From Fibrobacterota bacterium (GTDB lineage Bacteria; Fibrobacterota; Fibrobacteria; UBA11236), in contig JAYUVP010000020.1 of assembly GCA_043753995.1 (NCBI GenBank), positions 1 through 22,563 on the forward strand: a DNA stretch of 22,563 nt. Reading direction: 5' to 3'. Of this stretch, positions 18,631-22,563 are shown one piece after another; position 1 is the stretch's first letter, and the number at the start of each line of letters is the position of its first letter. Made by a program: the position numbers and the translations under genes. The notes beneath the pieces were generated by a model. That model did not search any database. It saw nothing but the letters and a program-made list of their open reading frames with translations, and had not been told where the DNA came from.

Positions 18631-18700
18631 AGAGGCGCAGTGGAGGCCCGCAGGGATTTGGGTGGTTGCGAGGAGCGAAGCGACGCCGCCCCAGAGGCGC
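18631..18700. repeat. REP-like GC-rich element bounded by 8-bp direct repeats
   Basis: AGAGGCGC at 18631-18638 and 18693-18700. Internal stem GGGTGG/CCGCCC around TTGCGAGGAGCGAAGCGACG, which contains the GCGAAGC mini-hairpin. Confidence 0.35.
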
Positions 18701-18751
18701 CCTCACCCCCATACGTGTTGTAATAGGATTTATGGATGTACTTAGGCTACT

Positions 18752-19933
18752 TCAAGAACGATAGGAACCATTGATTTTTACATAGTCGTAGCTGAGATCA
18801 CATGTCCAATAGAGCCAGGAGCCTGATTGCAGACCGAGATCGAGATGCAGGGCCACATCCTTCTGTTGCATGCGCGATTTGAGATCGGCTTCGTCGACCG
18901 TGGGAATGACTCCTTTGTCGTAGACGCGGACTCCGCAAAAATCAAGCGTGGTCTTCGCCGTATCAAAAGAGCGGGCCGTCGAACCCGCGGCGGCTAAAAC
19001 GCGGCCCCAATTGGCGTCATTGCCGAAAAAAGCCGTTTTCACAAGCGGAGAATTCGCGATGGCTTGGGCCATGGCCCGGGCATCCCCTTCCGAGGCTGCG
19101 CCGGTGACGGAAATGGTGATGAGCTTGGTGGCGCCTTCGCCGTCTCGCACAATGGCGCGAGCCAAATCTTGCATGAGTCCCGATAGGGCCGCATCAAAAG
19201 CCGCCTTGTCGGCCGAATTTAGTTGACTATAGCGCACACCGCTGACGCCATTGGCCAAAAGCAGACAGGTGTCATTGGTGCTCATGTCGCCGTCAACCGA
19301 AATACTATTGAAGCTCTTTTCCACGAGGCCGAGAAAGGTTTCGCGATATTGCCCGGGCAATTCGATGTCGGTAGTGATATAGCCGAGCATGGTGGCCATG
19401 TCGGGGCGTATCATGCCCGCACCTTTGGCGACGCCGCCGAGCCGCACTTTTTGGCCTGCCAAGTTCAATTCGGCTTGCGCGGTTTTCGCGAAGGTGTCCG
19501 TCGTCATGATAGACTGGACGAAAGGCGCGCGCTCGCCCGTATCGGTGGCGAGACGGCCAATGCCAACGCGAAGCTTTTCCATGGGGAGTAACTCGCCGAT
19601 GACGCCAGTCGAGGAAACCAAGGTCTCGCCATGGCAATCAAAGGCTTCTCGCAGCCATGCCACTTCTTGCAAAACGTCTTCAAAGCCCTTGGGCCCGGTG
19701 CAAGCATTGGCATTGCCGCTATTCACCAGCACATGGGAGACCTTGGCCTGAAAGCGTAGGGCCTGGCGGCTGTATTGGACGGGAGCAGCTTGCACTGCAT
19801 TCTTGGTGAAGGCGCCAAAAGCTTGGGCTGGAGGCTCGGAAATCAGCACACCCAAATCGGGATTGCCGTTTTTCTTAATGCCGCAAGCCAGGCCAAAACC
19901 CGTGAAACCGCGCGGAAAAGTGACGTCATTCAT
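18752..19933 (-). CDS. argJ: Glutamate N-acetyltransferase / ornithine acetyltransferase
   Basis: PRGF, NSGNANACTG, SSTGVIG, IMTTDT, KGAGMIRPDMATML (autocleavage Thr), VDGDMSTND, RDGEGATK, SPLVKTA, DANWGR, TCDLSYDYVKIN. Confidence 0.97.
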   Translation of the reverse strand: MNDVTFPRGFTGFGLACGIKKNGNPDLGVLISEPPAQAFGAFTKNAVQAAPVQYSRQALRFQAKVSHVLVNSGNANACTGPKGFEDVLQEVAWLREAFDCHGETLVSSTGVIGELLPMEKLRVGIGRLATDTGERAPFVQSIMTTDTFAKTAQAELNLAGQKVRLGGVAKGAGMIRPDMATMLGYITTDIELPGQYRETFLGLVEKSFNSISVDGDMSTNDTCLLLANGVSGVRYSQLNSADKAAFDAALSGLMQDLARAIVRDGEGATKLITISVTGAASEGDARAMAQAIANSPLVKTAFFGNDANWGRVLAAAGSTARSFDTAKTTLDFCGVRVYDKGVIPTVDEADLKSRMQQKDVALHLDLGLQSGSWLYWTCDLSYDYVKINGSYRS

Positions 19934-19984
19934 AGAGGGTTCCTCGAAGCGCGGGAATAAGTAGCAAAAGCCTCATTCAGGGGA

Positions 19985-19992
19985 TATCTTTG
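19985..19992 (+). promoter_or_regulatory. TATCTTTG, exact TAnnTTTG box; putative promoter of the greA leader
   Basis: Matches the Bacteroidetes primary-sigma -7 consensus and lies just before the structured region. Confidence 0.45.
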
Positions 19993-19997
19993 CAAAG

Positions 19998-20168
19998 CAT
20001 GCCGAGGGGTTAGGCCCTTTTACATGCCAAGGGGCTCGGCCCTGGGTTCGCGGAATTCTATTTTCCGCTCACACGCCCAAAGAACCGGATTTACCGGACC
20101 CTTCTGCGGCAGTCTGCCAGGAAACCTGACCCCAAGGACAGGTTTTTTTTCTGGCGGGTTTTTTATTC
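19998..20168 (+). ncRNA. Candidate structured greA leader / attenuator RNA
   Basis: Stems GCCGAG/CTCGGC, CCCTTT/AAGGGG, TGGGT/GCCCA, GCGGAA/TTCCGC, CCGG/CCGG, then a long terminator-like hairpin before greA. Confidence 0.45.
20112..20167 (+). terminator. Intrinsic-terminator-like hairpin in the greA leader
   Basis: GTCTGCCAG (20112-20120) pairs with CTGGCGGGT (20151-20159). Inner GAAACCTG-A-CC/GG-A-CAGGTTTT stem. Followed by TTTTTATT, about 30 nt before the greA ATG. Confidence 0.6.
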
Positions 20169-20198
20169 GACATCCACCGGAAAAGCCCGGGAGTATTT

Positions 20199-20672
20199 AT
20201 GGCCGAAAATCGTTTGCCCATGAGTCAAGGGGCGTATGATCGCCTATTGAAAGAGCTCGAACACCTGAAAAAGGTGGAGCGGCCAGCCATTATCGCCGAA
20301 ATTTCCGCCGCGCGCGCGCAGGGCGATTTGTCCGAGAATGCCGAGTATCATGCCGCCAAGGAAAAGCAGGGCCAGCTCGAAGACAAGGTCATCGAGGTCG
20401 AAGACAAAATCGCGCGTGCCGAAATCCTAAGCCTTTCGGCAGCCGGCAGCAGCCACATTATTTTCGGTGCCGTGGTTTCCGTGAAAAACCTGGGCAATAA
20501 CAAGATTTTGGAATACACCTTGGTTGGCTCGGAAGAAGTCGATCCCGCCTCGGGACGCATTTCCTCGGCCTCCCCCATAGGCAAAAGCCTCATGGGCAAA
20601 AAGCCCGGCGATGTGGTCGAGGTGCAAATCCCCAAGGGTAAGCTGCGTCTCGAAATCCTGAAGTACCACTAA
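20199..20672 (+). CDS. greA: Transcription elongation factor GreA
   Basis: ARAQGDLSENAEYHAAKEKQ, ISSASPIGKSLMGKK.GD. GGGAG RBS at 20189-20193. Confidence 0.97.
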   Translation: MAENRLPMSQGAYDRLLKELEHLKKVERPAIIAEISAARAQGDLSENAEYHAAKEKQGQLEDKVIEVEDKIARAEILSLSAAGSSHIIFGAVVSVKNLGNNKILEYTLVGSEEVDPASGRISSASPIGKSLMGKKPGDVVEVQIPKGKLRLEILKYH

Positions 20673-20692
20673 GGATTGGAGAGGCTTTCGCC

Positions 20693-21640
20693 ATGCCTCT
20701 TTTCGCCTTCTTAGGCAATGATGAATTGCGCAAATTGGAGGCGCTCGAAGCGGCGGTGACGCGCTTTGAGAACCAAGGCGAAAGCGTTCGTGAATTGCAT
20801 TTCGGTGAGGAAATGCAGGCCTTAGCGGTGGCCCAATCCTTCAATACCGCCGACCTTTTCGCCCCCCGCAAAGCCCTCATCATCAAGCATTTCGACAAAG
20901 CCAATGCGGCTTCCCAGAAGCAGCTGGAAGAGGCTTTTTCCCATGAGAACCCCCAGGTCGGCGTTTTCCTTTCGGCGGAAAAGCTGGATGGCCGCAGTGC
21001 CTTTGCCAAGCGCCTAAAAGAGGCGGGCGCGGTTCAGGAATTCAAGCTTCCCTACGAGAATCAAATCCCGCAATGGCTGATGCAAAGGGCCAAGGAGCGA
21101 TATGGCCGCGGCCTGGGCAATTCCGAGGCGAGGCTTTTGCAGGAACGCATCGGAGGAGATCTCGCCGAACTTGACCATGAATTGGACAAGCTCGATACTT
21201 TTTTGCCCAAGGGCGCGCCTATCACCGCTAAGGAAATCGAGGAAATATCGAGTCCGGTGCGGGTTTCCCTGATTTGGGAATTGCAGCGCCTGATGGGCAT
21301 GAGAAACAAGAGCGCAGCCTTGCTCACCCTACGCAATCTGCTGGATCACGGCGAAGAAGGCTTTCTCATCGCCATGCAACTCTATCGCCATTTCTTGCGC
21401 CTCTTGCGCATCCGGCTCATGCTCGATGCCGGAGCGGGCGAAGGCGAAATTGTTTCCGCATTAGGGCTGAATTCTTTCATTCACGTGGTGAAGGAAAAGC
21501 AACTAGATCAGGCACGTGCCCATTCTCCTCGCCGTCTCAAAGCCCTGCTTGCGCGTTTGGCGCGTTTGGAATGGGAATTCAAGCAAGGCCGTCATCTTCA
21601 TCGCTTTGAGGTTGAATTGGCTTTCGCTGGGATGATTTAA
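20693..21640 (+). CDS. holA: DNA polymerase III delta subunit
   Basis: 315 aa. FLG.DE N-terminus, TADLFAPRKALII, KLDGRS, L...IGGDL..LDHELDKL..F, IT.KEI, C-terminal L..LE.EFK.G. Confidence 0.85.
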   Translation: MPLFAFLGNDELRKLEALEAAVTRFENQGESVRELHFGEEMQALAVAQSFNTADLFAPRKALIIKHFDKANAASQKQLEEAFSHENPQVGVFLSAEKLDGRSAFAKRLKEAGAVQEFKLPYENQIPQWLMQRAKERYGRGLGNSEARLLQERIGGDLAELDHELDKLDTFLPKGAPITAKEIEEISSPVRVSLIWELQRLMGMRNKSAALLTLRNLLDHGEEGFLIAMQLYRHFLRLLRIRLMLDAGAGEGEIVSALGLNSFIHVVKEKQLDQARAHSPRRLKALLARLARLEWEFKQGRHLHRFEVELAFAGMI

Positions 21641-21665
21641 TATTCCTTCCGAAGGCAGGTATCAA

Positions 21666-22421
21666 GTGACGGTTACGACACGACGTGTGAAGACGGGATG
21701 CGAAGGCCTAGACAAGCTGCTTCGCGGGGGTTTGCTCGAGGGTTCGGCCAATCTCATCGAGGGATCGGCAGGGACGGGTAAAACCACTCTGGCCTTGCAA
21801 TTCATCATGCAGGGCGTCGCCGAAGGCGAGCACGGCCTCATTTTCACCTTTGAACAATTCCCTGAGCAATATTTCGATTGCGCCGCCGAACTCGGTTGGG
21901 ATTTGCGCAGTTTGCAAAAAGAGGGCAAGCTCGAAGTCATTTTCACCTCGCCCGAAGCCTTCATGGATGAAATCGAAGAGTCGGAAGGCCGCATCCCTCA
22001 GCTCATCGCCGATAAAAAAACCAAGCGCGTCGCCATCGACAGCATGACTCACTTCGAAAGACTGGCCCCAGGCGATATCGGCAAATTGCGCTCTATCGAA
22101 ACCGAAGTGGTCAATGCCTTGAAGCGCGAAGAATGCACCACGGTTTTGCTCAAGGAAAACGCCAATATTCTGGGAAAATGGGACACCTCGCTCAATAAAA
22201 TCCCCTTTATCGTGGACACCTATATCCTACTGCGCTATCTCGAATTGCAGTCGGAAATCAAACGCTGCCTGATGATTTTGAAAATGCGCGGCAGTGATCA
22301 CGACAAAGACATTGTCGAATACCAAATCGAGAATGGCGGATTAAGGTTGGGCGCCAAATTCACAGGCGTCTCCGGTATTTTCCTGGGCAGTGGCATTGCC
22401 ACCGCGCCTGCCAAGCGCTGA
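21666..22421 (+). CDS. Single-domain KaiC/RAD55-family RecA-like ATPase
   Basis: TGCEGLDKLLRGG, Walker A GSAGTGKT, TFEQ, LGWDL, Walker B RVAIDS, VDTYILLRY, ILKMRGSDHD, KaiC CII-like tail FTGVSGIFLG. Confidence 0.88.
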   Translation: MTVTTRRVKTGCEGLDKLLRGGLLEGSANLIEGSAGTGKTTLALQFIMQGVAEGEHGLIFTFEQFPEQYFDCAAELGWDLRSLQKEGKLEVIFTSPEAFMDEIEESEGRIPQLIADKKTKRVAIDSMTHFERLAPGDIGKLRSIETEVVNALKREECTTVLLKENANILGKWDTSLNKIPFIVDTYILLRYLELQSEIKRCLMILKMRGSDHDKDIVEYQIENGGLRLGAKFTGVSGIFLGSGIATAPAKR

Positions 22422-22469
22422 AAGAACCTCTAGCGCAGAACCAAGCGGTTCCCTTTTTAGCCGAATGTT

Positions 22470-22499
22470 AAAGCCCGCTACCCTGCGGGTTTTTTATTT
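22470..22499 (+). terminator. Intrinsic terminator of the greA-holA-kaiC-like run
   Basis: AAGCCCGC-TACCCT-GCGGGTTT followed by TTTATTT. Confidence 0.8.
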
Positions 22500-22563
22500 C
22501 TGAGGCTTAGCTGCGACGCTTAAATCGCCGATAGAGGTCAAGCCCTCGGTATAAATACGCAAA

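Noticed and set aside
18487..18751. ZTP (pfl), glycine or THF riboswitch upstream of glyA
   Set aside because: The minus strand lacks the conserved cores I know (GACTGGCG...CGCCTGGG for ZTP; GGAGA...CCGAAG...CTCAGG for glycine). An Rfam scan would be decisive.
19934..19990. ArgR ARG box upstream of argJ
   Set aside because: Only a TGAAT half-site; no palindromic partner.
1..22563. CRISPR array, transposase, prophage or defence genes; remaining short overlapping ORFs
   Set aside because: No regularly spaced repeats or such protein motifs seen. The other ORF-track entries overlap well-supported genes in alternate frames.

Overview
Bacterial chromosomal window, most likely FCB group and possibly Fibrobacterota. 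This is inferred from a FlgD-Ig/T9SS-like C-terminal domain, TAnnTTTG-like promoter words and D-S/T-rich exported proteins. It is mostly housekeeping: vWA membrane protein, nadB, a PpiD/SurA-like chaperone broken by one in-frame TAA, a REC-HD-GYP regulator, tRNA-Glu(CTC), glgC-PMM/PGM, dusB, glyA, argJ, greA, holA and a single-domain KaiC-like ATPase. The points that stand out are: (1) a ~200-nt highly structured greA leader with an internal terminator-like hairpin, alternative pairings and a duplicated 'MPRG' start; (2) a 1920-aa lower-GC secreted protein with two related beta-helix modules; (3) an unannotated 44-aa hydrophobic small protein; (4) enrichment of Bacteroidetes-type O-glycosylation sequons in exported proteins; (5) an orphan KaiC-like ATPase lacking the phosphosites. 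No CRISPR array, integrase or transposase was seen. All calls come from motif recognition by eye; no searches were run.
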